Positions 11,178 through 22,811 of a stretch of DNA of 64,000 nt are shown here, one piece after another (the stretch's first letter is position 1; each line of letters begins with the position of its first letter). Under the pieces are notes generated by a model. The model saw only the letters and a program-made list of their open reading frames with translations. It was not told the DNA's origin and made no database searches. The stretch is from the NCBI GenBank assembly GCA_950097015.1, contig CATNEN010000002.1, positions 6,138,001 through 6,202,000 on the forward strand, in the 5' to 3' direction. The stretch comes from Macrostomum hystrix (lineage: Eukaryota > Animalia > Platyhelminthes). The translations under genes and the position numbers were made by a program.

Positions 11178-14100
11178 ATGGCCTTTAATTTCGTTTTTCA
11201 AGCTTTAAGAATGATAGTGACTATATTAATGCAAGCTTTTAGTCTGACGCAAAAAATCGACAGCTGCCAAGTAACTGATCAACAACTGCTTCAGGCTATC
11301 GTCACAGACGATGCAGAGATCATCGAACGTTACCTACAGAATCCTAGAAATCAAAACAGGCGGATTTCAGTTCAAGGGCGCACATTTTCCCCCATTCATC
11401 TGGCGAGTTTCCTCGGGAAAGCTACTTTTGTCGACTTATTTATAAACAGCCTTGCTCCAATAGACATGCGAGAAAACGGCTGTACACCTCTGTGGATCGC
11501 ATCACAAAATGGTCAACTGGAAATTGTTAGATCACTAGCTAAGGCGCATGGCGACATCGAATTTCAAGGAAAACGACGCGCGTCCCCAATTTATATCGCT
11601 TCATTCGTAGGTCACCCAGCAGTCGTGGATTTTCTCATCCAGGCCCAAGCTGACGTGAATCTTCAAGAAGCTGATGGCTGCTCACCTCTCTACATTGCAT
11701 CACAGCAGGGTTATCAGCGTATTGTGGACTCACTAATCAAAGCTCAAGCCGACGTGAATCTTCAAGAAGCTGGGGGCTGCTCACCTCTCTACATTGCATC
11801 ACAAGAGGGTCATCAGCTTATTGTGGACTCTCTAATCAAAGCTCAAGCCGACGTAAATCTTCAAGAAGCTGATGGCTGCTCACCTCTCTACATTGCATCA
11901 CAAAATGGCCACCAGAAAGTTGTGCTATCACTCATTGAGGCTAAAGCAGATGCAAATCTTCAAAGAAACGCTGGCTCGTCACCCATTTACATAGCAGCTC
12001 AAAATGGTCATCTAAAAATAACGAAGCTGCTGATCAAAGCACAGGCCGATATCAACCTTCAAAGAAAAGAGACAGGCGAATCCCCTATCTACATCGCATC
12101 TCAGAATGGACATGAGAAAGTGATCGAATCACTTATCAAAGCACAGGCCGACGTCAATCTCCGAACAAATAAAGGCATGTCACCTCTCTATATTGCTTCA
12201 CAAAACGGCCATTACCGAATCGTTGATGCTCTAATCAAAGCAAATGCAAATGTTAATCTTGAAGAAGCAGATGGCTGCTCGCCTCTCTACATTGCATCCC
12301 AATGTGGTCATGAGCGAGTCGTGGATTTCCTTCTTAATGCGCAAGCTGATGTCAATCAGAAGACAAAGTCGGGTTCGTCACCGATTTGCATTGCAGCCAG
12401 AAATAATCACTGGCGAGTTGTTGAAAAACTGATTCAAGCACAAGCCGATGTCAATCTCCAAGAAGCCAACGGATGGTCGCCTCTCTACGATGCGTCACTG
12501 TTTGATCATAAAAAAGTCGTTGAGTCACTCACAAAAGCGCAAGCTGACCTCAATCTTCAAAAAGTCAACTTTTGGTCGCCTCCTTACGCTGCGTTGCAAG
12601 TCCTTAAGTCACAAACCGACCTTGGCAGTCTAGAAATGGTGCCAAAAGCATCAGGCAAAAGTTCATTCCGGTGAGTTTCGAAACACAAGTTTTAATCTTA
12701 CTCTTTTAAATAGTTCTACAAATGTCTGCATTTTAAAGTAATATTATCAATTATTGAGTTAAAAATGCATGTGGATTTCAGAGGACTCAACGACCTGGAA
12801 TTGAGCATCCAGCTGCACTCAGCGCTTAACAAATCTGGATTTTTGGAGTCTCGAGCTGCCCTTCAGAGTGCTGTGTCCGATGTCTTGTCTGAGATTCTCA
12901 GGAAGAGAAAGAATTACGATGGCGTTTTTGTGGCTGGCAGCTACTCAGAAGGCTGGGGCAACAGTCTGCTCACATTGGACGGCAGAACTGACATTGACTC
13001 CGATATTGGCGTGTTGTATCTGATTCCTGGCAGATTGTATCACATAGCGGACCAGTGTAAATGTGTTGGAGAGCGCAGTACAGGACAGAATCAGTACAGG
13101 AATGGCCACATACTCTGTGCTGGATTTGGTGAGACTTTTATAATTAAGTGCCTATAATCAATAACTCATATAAGCGTATTGAGCGAAAAAAACTCAAATT
13201 TCACTTTTCAGCATCAAATCCCAGTCTGCCATCTTCTGGGTCCTCCGTAAGACCGGCTGTTGACAGTGTCTCCGCCAGCCGTCTTTGCAGCTACCCTCAA
13301 CTGGCGCTGCTCCATCCAAACCGAGTCAAATATTCCAATATCCCAGAGTCCGTGCTGGAGAATCTACGACGTGATCTCAACTCCGCCTCATCGCCCTGTT
13401 ATGTGGTTCACGCGGCTTCTCCCGGACGAGCAGGCTTAGAGCTCCGCGTGAGCACCAGCTTCCTGGAAAAGCGGTTGCTGAGAAGTCTCAACACCCTACA
13501 AGGCCAGCTGTTCGTCACTCTCAAGTACCTGGTGAAGAAGGTCGTCTGTCCCGCAGGCGGTAGTTTTCAAGGTCTGAAGTCATATCACGCGAAGACCATC
13601 ATGTTCAGAATGCTGGATGAGACACCAGCCGAGCAGTGGAAGCCGGAAAACCTTCTGAATCTAGTGAGACGATCTCTGCAGATGCTACTGGACTGCGTGG
13701 ACAGCAACCGAACACCTGATAATGCTGATGGTCGCATCATGGAGCATTTTTTCCTGACCGATGCTCAACTGTACCTCAAAGGCTATGATCGAGGGATCCT
13801 GGACAGAATCGCAGATAGATTGAGAGCAGAGATTGAGCTGCTGCCTGAGTCTCTGGTGCGGTTTGCGAACAGCCTCAAGCCCGTGAGTGAGTCGGGCAGA
13901 TTCTACTTTCACCCGTTCCTAATTCTGCCGGATTTGAGACCAATGAGCCTGCCACGGACCAGCAGCGGACTGGAATACTATGAGATCTACGATGTAGTGA
14001 GAGAGTGTGTTCTGCGTCTATCGCATGGAGACTGCGGCGAGCAGTCTCAGGTGTCTCTCACGGAGCTAATTGACAGACTGCCAGACTGCGCCTTCACGAC

Positions 14101-14644
14101 ACGGGAGGCTCTCAGAGTGCTCAATTGCCTCAAGTTCGGCAGTCAAAGTACCGCAGAGTACATTTTGAACAAGTGCAGCGCACACGAGGTGAGCAGAGGC
14201 ATCGATTGGCCCGTTGAGAAGTCGGCGGCGCCTGAAGCGACTGCTGGCTATGTTTGGTGGCACATGAGCAGTCAGGACTCAGCTTGGAAGTTCTGCTTTC
14301 AGTTTGACGAGCAACCAAAGTTCAAATTTCTGACAGCAGCGGTAGCTGAGACCTTTCCAATGGAGGCAGGCAACAGTTTTGGAATTTTCTTTATCAACTT
14401 CGACGCTCTCATGTGGGCTCTGCGTCTTCAGCTGCAGACAGAGCCGTACGGTATCACTGGGAGATGGATTAGTGACGTAGCCAGGCGCGAAGAATCGGAT
14501 GCGCAAGAGCTGCTGGTCGCCATCCTATTTTCGAAGAATTTCGAAGAGACACATAGCCTCTTCGTGAAGCTGACGTCACTGTCAGCTCACTCGCTCTCCG
14601 CTTATCTTTGGAAAGAGATCGACAAAAAGTTGCAGCATCCATAA
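11178..14644 (+). CDS. Ankyrin-repeat + Mab-21/cGAS-like nucleotidyltransferase (cGLR-like) fusion, about 1090 aa; exons 11178-12670, 12782-13128, 13212-14644
   Basis: 12-13 ankyrin repeats (SPLYIASQxGH); intron 12671-12781 (cg|gtgag...tttcag|a) and intron 13129-13211 (g|gtgag...ttttcag|ca) join three ORFs in frame (3273 nt); Mab-21 motifs GSYSEG..SDIG, VDSV, LRVSTSFLEK, LKSYHAKT, W..ENL, EHFFL; AATAAA at 14681. Confidence 0.88.
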
Positions 14645-17600
14645 ATTGCGCAATTCAGAAGTACCGCCAAATAGAAGTCAAATAAAAGTTTTCCTGACTT
14701 TACGAGTACATAGTCTCTCTTAGAATCCATCGTCGCATGTGAAGTACAACGTACTACGTACTACCTACTAATACATTGTAGGTTAAAGGACAATGACTTC
14801 TGCAGAAGACGTATTTTTGCAGCTCTTACGTAGTTCACAAACAGAACTGTGTCGGCCATCTAAGCGGGGTCGTCACATTCTGATAACACTAGCCATGTAG
14901 TGTGGAGAGACGCGAATCAATCAGAGGCAGTATTTTTGCAGCCAAAGGTATTGGGGTCGCATTGTAGAGCACCAAATTAAGGGCAAAAAGTTACTTTTTA
15001 TCTCCACCCCCTCCTGTGACTACGTTTTTGTCTATGGCACAAGATAGATTGGTGAACGATGCCCAGAAACTATGGTACTTGAATTTTTACTTTTACACGC
15101 GCGAGACAGTTTTCTGTTTGACCTGGTAAAAAACATGATATTATTTTGCCTTTTACTGATAAAACATAAAGGCTACTCCTATTTTGATGTTCGTTGTCAC
15201 TAAAACTGTGTGAATTAAATTTCACTCGTAATTTTTATGAATGTACCTTTTCTTCATGACACAGAAGTCGTTTAGTAGGTAGAGATGAATCTTTGATTAT
15301 ACGAGCTAGTATTGTATTCTTTTTTAATTGTATTTTTCTCACACTTGTTTTTAGTGCTACGAGTATTACTGGTTATTAGTAGCAGACTTACTGCTCTCTA
15401 GGCTTAGACTAATCCTTTGCCCTTCACAGGTACCCTCCCTCCCTCCCTCCCCTTGCACGATGACTCACACTGCGCGACCTTGAGATGTCAAATCCACTCC
15501 CGGTCTTAAATTTTTTTCCTTTCTGTCAATTAACTGCACCCACCACTCACATTTCCATTTCGCACATTGCCATAAATCTATTCCTCTTTTTCAGTCCCAC
15601 GACCACCTCCCTCCCTTCCTTTGTTCTCCCAATCAAATTTCATAGTATGTAATCATGCGTTAAAAAAGATATTTTTCACAGTCGCGCACCCCCCACCCTA
15701 TATAGTAACAACCAATCACCAAAAGGCTGGCGAAGCACCACAGATCTGGGTGCAGTGCAGCAAACAGGTCAAGGTCGGGTTGATCACGCGATCACGTCGT
15801 CCGACCTGCTCTATTTAGGCAAGCGGTGCGGAGCGCTGTTCTGATCAAAATTTGCCTTTTCCGGTTCCGTAGCCTGTTGTACTTGCCTTTCGTCGTCGTG
15901 AGTCTTTGTCGCAGGTCGGACGAAGACCTTCCATTTTGCCCGTTCGTAATCCTTGGTTACAATCCCGGACCACGGACTCTTCCTGACCGTTATCTTCACC
16001 CGTCACCTTTCTGAGAGGTGATCGTCGGTGTTCCGTTGCTACCGACGTTGAGCGGTTCCCGACGCCTTCGCCATCATAAGCGAGTAGGAAACGTCCAACT
16101 TACCGGCCGCACCATTTCTGCCCATAGCCGCCCTACCTGCCTGCAGCCAGTGCTTCGCCGCCGCATTTGTGGCCTCTAGGCCTCATGCGTTGGAATAACT
16201 CCTAATTGCGCCATTTTTCTCGGTTAGATCTCTCTCTCTCTCTATCTTTCCCAGTCCAGCTCTTAATTTATGTGATTTTTGCTTCTGAAGTAAGCAACGA
16301 ATAGAACATCGGACTCTTATCTGGGATTTCAATTACAAAGACAGATTTCAATTTCACGACAGTAGATAGATACGAGCTCTATTTCACAGTCACGACTATA
16401 TAAAACTATGAGCTTCTTATGTACTCATATAGGATTAGTTTAGGTCTTGCTCACGAGACACGAGAATACATGGAAGCCGAACATTGCCCTATCTGTATTG
16501 TTGGGGCCTGGTGATTCGGAGTAAGCCTTAACCGGTGAAACTGTAGACATGGTTTATGCATGTGCATGGTGCATGGTTTAAGCAGGACTTAGTCGATTAA
16601 TTAATTAGCATTCCTATCGAGTGTCACATTTTAAATGTCAAATTTGAAAAATAAAACAATTGATTCACCGATGAACCTGGGACAGTACAAGTAATTGAAA
16701 AACTAAGTTTCGTGAAGAAAATGATCTTATTATAAATATAATTATGTATTAATATACTTTAATTTTTGCTACATACTGTTCTGCTCAAGCCAGCTTGAAG
16801 CATCTGAAGTTTAAAAAGTTGAACTATTCCATCGTGAATACTGCGCACAAGCATGTGTATAATTGCTACTCGCAGTATGTAAATGCTCTTATATTTTAAA
16901 GTGCCGAATGCAATACTCTGTGTTCATAAAAGGATATAATAATGGTAAATTGCCAAGTTTGCATGATTATATTCAGTTTAATATCAATAATTCAATTAAT
17001 TAAATGCAATAATGATTATATTATAACAATATTTACAATGAATCACTTAAAATGACAGAATCTCAAAAAGTTGGTGTTGACACTTTCCTCCAGGCTATGG
17101 TATTTGCTTATCTAGTGGGTTTGCTGTAGCACACATTCACTAGAATGGAAACAGTTGGTATGTTAGATGAGATATGCATTAGAAAAATGCTTCTCTAAGC
17201 CTAAGGCTCATTAGCTAAATTAGTAGCTAGTAAGTTATAGTAGGCCTATATGTATATAATTTAGTAATTATAGTATATAATTTACTAGCTAGCTAGGTAT
17301 GTCAAAGCAATAGACAACTTGGTAACTTGCCAAAATGGTAAATCTTTATGTCATTTTGTATCTAGAAAAAGTATTAAACAGTTTGATATTAAATAAACAA
17401 ATAATTAGTTTTCCCATGTTTGTTAAAACAAGGTAATATTAACTGTAAATACATTTAGGTGTTATGCTAGCTAGGCCCTTATTGTATTTGTGTTATTAAG
17501 AAGATAACAAATTAAATCTTTTTAATAGGTGTTAAATTGCCATAGAATACATTCAAGAGAGAGAAGAAATTTATAATGCATGTGATGTGGTCTAGGAAAG

Positions 17601-18185
17601 TATATTGCCTATGTAATAGATGTGTCAACCTAGGGCATATAATGAAGATAAAAAGTTAAAAGAAACAAAAACTATATTGTGAATTTATTAGACAATAAAG
17701 GAGCATGTAGAAAGTATAATAGACAATTAATATTATTTAATAAATACAAAGTGTATACAAACATTTTATTGTAAAGTTTAACTACTTTTTATAGCAGAAA
17801 GTATTACAGTAGATTGGCTTTTTTATATGTTTAATATAATTAATTAATCTAAATATAAAATATGAAACTTTTTTTAATTAGAAACTATATATGTGTGCTA
17901 AATAAGACAAAGAATTGTAGTTTCTTCCTATTTTCACATTGTCTACAGCATACAATAATATCTATTTTGATTGATGTGAAGTTTTTGCTCTATAAAGTAT
18001 TTACTATTGTTATATATTTATATGTAATTTTGTTCTTTTGCTAAATATGACAAAGCAGTAGACATTATTGATAAAATTCTTGGTGCTTCCACATTTGTGA
18101 TTTTTTTACTTCAGATTTTCAGATTTTTTTGTTTAAATATTTTATATAACTATTTCAGCTACTATCAGCATTCCATTATTAAGTA

Positions 18186-21100
18186 ATGTCATCAGCCAAA
18201 GATGATTGCCTGGTCTTGCTAAGCCGGGGTGTCCTGAAGAAAATGCGGCTTGGAGAGAAGCCAGACATCAGTCCAATTGTTCTGCAAGTGGTCGACTGCA
18301 AACCATTCGCTGGCAGCGGCCGCTACCGCCTGACCCTCACAGATGGCGAGCCACGTAGTGAAATTCTAGCCATGCTGGACCCCAGCATGAATTTCTATGT
18401 AACAGACGGAGCTCTGCAGCGTGGCACTGCGCTCCAGATCAATGACTACAACCTGACTGGCCCGGCGGTCACTGCTGCCGCTCTGCCAGTCATTTTCACC
18501 ATCCTTGATCTCTGGCCAATCGGCTGCTTCAAATTGCCGCAAACTGGCGATGGATTGCTGCAGCAGCCAGCGGCGGCTGCTTCTGCGCCATCCAACACGG
18601 CCACTGGCAACGTCATTGACAATGGCGAAGTACTCGACGTCAGCTGCCCGAAGCCCATATCGGCGCTGAATCCTTACCAGCTGCGCTGGACTATTCTCGG
18701 CCGGGTTATGCGGAAGAGCCGGGTCAGTCGTTTTCCCCCTTTTCCCATCAGCCGAATTTCTAATCACTAAACTCTAACCCTAGCTATCAAATATCATACA
18801 TGATATAGCCTCGGTGCTCAAAGCATTTAGAGGCAACAGACCCACAGCCGGCGAGAAGGCAGTTTTGTCCAATCCGCTGACTCGTGGCGCGCACACGGGT
18901 ACCGTACGTAGGCATATCGTCAGGCAGTTTACACGTTCACGGTTCCTTGGTGTGGGGGTTAGCCCTCAGGGCGTAAATTGCACAGGAAGCCTCCGATCCT
19001 TCTCCCCATACCTGCGCCCCAGATTAACGTGGCATTGCCGCGTAATCGGGGGGGACCTTGATTGCCGGAGTCGTACGCATTTGTCACTCACCTTCTCGGT
19101 GCAACCAACCGATTTCAAGCGCACAAACCGCCTCGAACTCACAGCTGCGAGCATACAAAGCACGCGGCCGCGAGGGCCAGCTGTTTAATTTTCTCCTCGC
19201 CGATGGCAGTTCGGCGATCAGAGCGGTGGCTTTCAGAGACCAGGCGGAACAGTTTTATCCCCTGGTGGAGGTCGGCAGGGCTATCTATCTCAGCACTGGC
19301 CGGCTGCAGCTCAAGGACGAGCGATACGATAATGGCAGTGGTGAGCCTCAAAATTATTTCATCTGATATTCTCCTGTCTTTATTAAATTTGTCCAATCTT
19401 TATCGGAGCGAATTAAAAAGGCGAGGCAGTAGGACAGACGATACACGGGAGAGACGCAATTGTTTTCACGGGAGAAATGAGACACGGGAGAGATGATACA
19501 CGGGAGAGATGGTACACGGGAGAGATGATACACGGGACAGATGGTACACGGGAGAGATTAGACATGGGAGAGATGAGACACAGGAGAGATGAGACAAATG
19601 GAGAGTTCCGACGCGAGAGACATGAGACACAGGAGAGATGAGACAAATGGAAGAGACGAAGCACGCGAGAGATCATGCAGGGTAGGGGCAAGACAGGGTA
19701 GAGATGAGACACGGGAGAGACGAGACATGGCAGAGATATCCAACTAGCATTTAGTTGCTCGTGACTGAACGTCGTCGCCTTCGCCCCTGCAGCTCAATCT
19801 TCCTCATCGGCAGGATGCACTTCCGCCGCGGCTTCGGACTTACTGACCGCCAAAGCCGACTGCTGCCCATACGAGCTGGTGCTGACTGCCGAAACTCGCC
19901 TTCAGCCGCTGACGGAGGACGGCTCGGCTGCTGCGACTGCTGCCTGCTCATTTGCCGGCCTGCCGGAGCTGCAGTTCAACTTTGTGGCCATCGACAAGCT
20001 GGCCGGGGTTAAGCCCAATACGTGAGTTGTGAGCTGTTTGGAAAAATGTCCCATTTTCCGGACCCATGCTGACTTTGTGTCCCTCGATATTGGAAATAGA
20101 ATAGAAATTATACTATTCTATATACTGTACAGTCGCAGCCATGTACAACTGTTTTGTCCATAGACTGAGGTGGCCGCCACACCCACTACCCCTGCCGATG
20201 CTGATACCAACTTTTGTGCTGGTAAACTGTATTAATAAAGAATACAGCGTCTTATTCCAGAATCAATTTTCAAACAAAATTTAAAAGCAAATGTGTAAAG
20301 TAGCAAAATTTCAATAAAAGCTTAAAACTGTCTGTAAACTATTCTATGTCCGAGACTCCGAGCTTGACCCGATTTCGGCCCAAGCCGTCGGGAATGGCCC
20401 AAAATGACCCATGCCACCGAACTCTACCCCGAAAAGACGGTCTCTTACTGGAAAGACTCAATTAACAAATAAGAAATCATGAATACCAGCTGGTACCGTT
20501 TAATTAACGTTATAACTGTTATTAATGTTGTAACAGCTGACTGAACTGCAGCAATACAGAGAGAATTAAGTGTCTTGCTAAAAAAGGACACGAACTGTTT
20601 CAGTGGATTTGAGAATCGAACCCCCGACCTTCAAGTCGTGAGTCCGACGCTCTAACCACTAGGTTATATCCCCTATCAAATATATCAAACGATAGCAAGA
20701 AAATAAATTAAGTTTCATTAGTTCCAGTAAACCTCAGTTCCCAGGTGAAGAAATAGAGTTTTCTCATTGTATTTTAAGCCTCATCGTGTATTTAGTCAGA
20801 TTGCCCAGCTCAGAGCTCTGATCTCAAATCAACCGCCCCTCCGCCTCAGGCTAGTGGACGTGTGCGCCGTTGTTCACGAGACGCGCGACTGCCAGCAGTT
20901 CGTTCCGGGTAGCAGCGGCGGCCGGCAACGCCGACGGGAGACGGTCAAGCGGGACCTGATCCTGGTGGACGCCTCGGGCTGGTCGGTTCGCTGCACCCTT
21001 TGGGGCGAGGAGGCGACCGCATTTGGCGATCAGGGACTCGACCAGCACCCAGTTGTAGCCATCCGCTCCGCGAAAGTGTCCGACTATGCCGGTCGCTCCC

Positions 21101-22435
21101 TCAGCGCGTCAACCGGAATCTGCCAGCTGCTGACTGAGCCGCATGGCGTGGCCGAGGCCCGAAGACTGCGCAGCTGGTACCAGACGGAGGGCTGCCGACT
21201 TGCCGAGTTTCACAGCTTCGCGCCTAATGGCAACAGCGGAGGCGGCGGCGCTCGCGGCAGCGGTGGCAGCCGGGATGGTGGTTTGCGCAGCCTCCGCGAT
21301 ATCATCAGCGGCCAGTCCGGCCAGTGGGATCGGCGAAGCATCGGTGGTGGCGGCGCATTCTCCTGCCTGGCCCACGTGACCTGCCTGCGTAGGGAGAACT
21401 GCGTGTACAAGGTTCGTCACCTCAAACTGTATGATGCTTAAAAACTTTTTCGCAACATATCGGCAAAAATTTTCGTTAGCTCAGTTTGAGATTAGCCTTT
21501 GTCTAATCTCAGTATCTAATCTTAGTGACTAATCCCATTGTTGTCTAATATCAGTGTCTAATCACATTGTCTGATCTTTGTGTCTAATCTCATTGTCTGA
21601 TCTATGATTCTATGATTTTTAGGCTTGCCCCCTGCCCAGCTGCAACAAGAAGCTGGTTCAGTGCGAAGGCAATTATCGTTGCGACAAGTGCCAGGCCGTG
21701 CACTCTGAGTTCAAATGGCGCTTCATTTTGAGCGTCAACCTGGCCGACTACACGTGCGCCAAGTGGGCCACCTGCTTTGATGTGAGTCCAAGGCAAAGTA
21801 CGACAATCTGCCCCTTATCTATTTCCTCATTTTTTAAATCCTTTCTTTAGCTAATCCCCACTTTCGCCGATCTCCACTTTTCTAATCCGCTATTTATCGA
21901 ATCAGCTCTTTATCCAAATAAATTTTTATCCTATATCCGCCATTTTTCAAATCCGCTCTTTATCAAATCCGCTCTTTATCCAATCCGCTCTTTATCCAAT
22001 TCGCTCTTCATCCAAATTCTGCTCTTTATCCGATCCGCTATTTATCCAATTCGCTCTTTATCCAAAATCTGTTCTTTATCCGATCCGCTCTTTATCTAAT
22101 CCGATATTTATCCAATATTTTTCTTTTCGTCCTCTTTGCATCCGTCATTCATTATCCGCACCAACCCGCAGGCTCCAGCTGAGAAGCTACTCGGAGTCAC
22201 CGCAGCTCAGCTTGGCGGCCTACTCGAAGGCGGCGAGGACGGACTCAACCGGGCCAAGGCTGTGTTCGCAGCCGCTGCGGACGGACAGATTTTAGAGTTC
22301 TCGTTGCGCTCCAGAATGGACACCTATCAAGACGAGCTGCGCCAGCGCCTTGTGGTTCTTGACGTGCGGCCTCCTGATTGGCTGGTAGCTAGTACGGCGC
22401 TGATTGGCCAGCTTAAAAGCAGTACGGCGCGCTGA
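18186..22435 (+). CDS. RPA1: Replication protein A 70-kDa subunit, 648 aa; exons 18186-18722, 19145-19340, 19793-20021, 20850-21411, 21623-21781, 22172-22435
   Basis: ISALNPYQLRWTI, EGQLF..IRAVAF, VRCTLWGEEA, VSDYAGRSLS, YKACP..CNKKL..YRCDKC zinc finger, RMDTYQDELR; frames consistent across 5 introns (1947 nt). Confidence 0.92.
19430..19735. repeat. Degenerate minisatellite (ggagagatgagacacg) in RPA1 intron 2
   Basis: Same unit as the arrays at 39300-39960 (reverse) and 44200-44400. Confidence 0.85.
20429..20463 (+). ncRNA. Spliced-leader (SL) RNA-like 5' fragment, probable pseudogene, in RPA1 intron 3
   Basis: ccgaaaagacggtctcttactggaaagactcaatt matches 32/35 positions of the Macrostomum lignano SL exon as I recall it (ccgtaaagacggtctcttactgcgaagactcaatt-tattgcatg); lacks the terminal ATG, GT donor and Sm site. 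Confidence 0.6.
20480..20672 (-). mobile_element. SINE family B
   Basis: gagaatcgaacccccgaccttcaagtcgtgagtccgacgctctaaccactagg is the reverse tRNA-like head. Confidence 0.75.
21890..22115. repeat. Degenerate tandem repeat (atccgctctttatcc) in RPA1 intron 5
   Basis: About 12 visible copies. Confidence 0.8.
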
Positions 22436-22811
22436 GTGATATGGATTTTAAAGACAGTTTTGGAGCTTATAAACCTAAGACTCTACTTAAAGTTGAATAG
22501 TTCAGCATCGAAAAATGTTTTGCAACTTTTTTCTACCGTTTCTTGTTTAATTGTCTCCCGGTTTTGCCTTTTCTACTTCTTTTTACAGTTTTTTTTGTTG
22601 CATCAAATAGCATTCTAATTTTTTAAGCTTTTTACGTTATATTAAGCATTGTCAGCATCTTTTGGTGCTTTTTAAGACAAAGCAATTTCAGTTTTAATAA
22701 AAAACAATAAAAACAAATTCCATTCCGTTTAATTTGCGAAGAAAACATTTAGCCATTCTGCTTAAGCATTACCGTGGTTCGTAATTTCTGACGGAGCTAG
22801 TGAACAAAGTC

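Noticed and set aside
11178-12674. Horizontal transfer of the ankyrin exon from an endosymbiont
   Set aside because: The gene has canonical spliceosomal introns and a poly(A) signal; nothing in the sequence alone supports a bacterial origin
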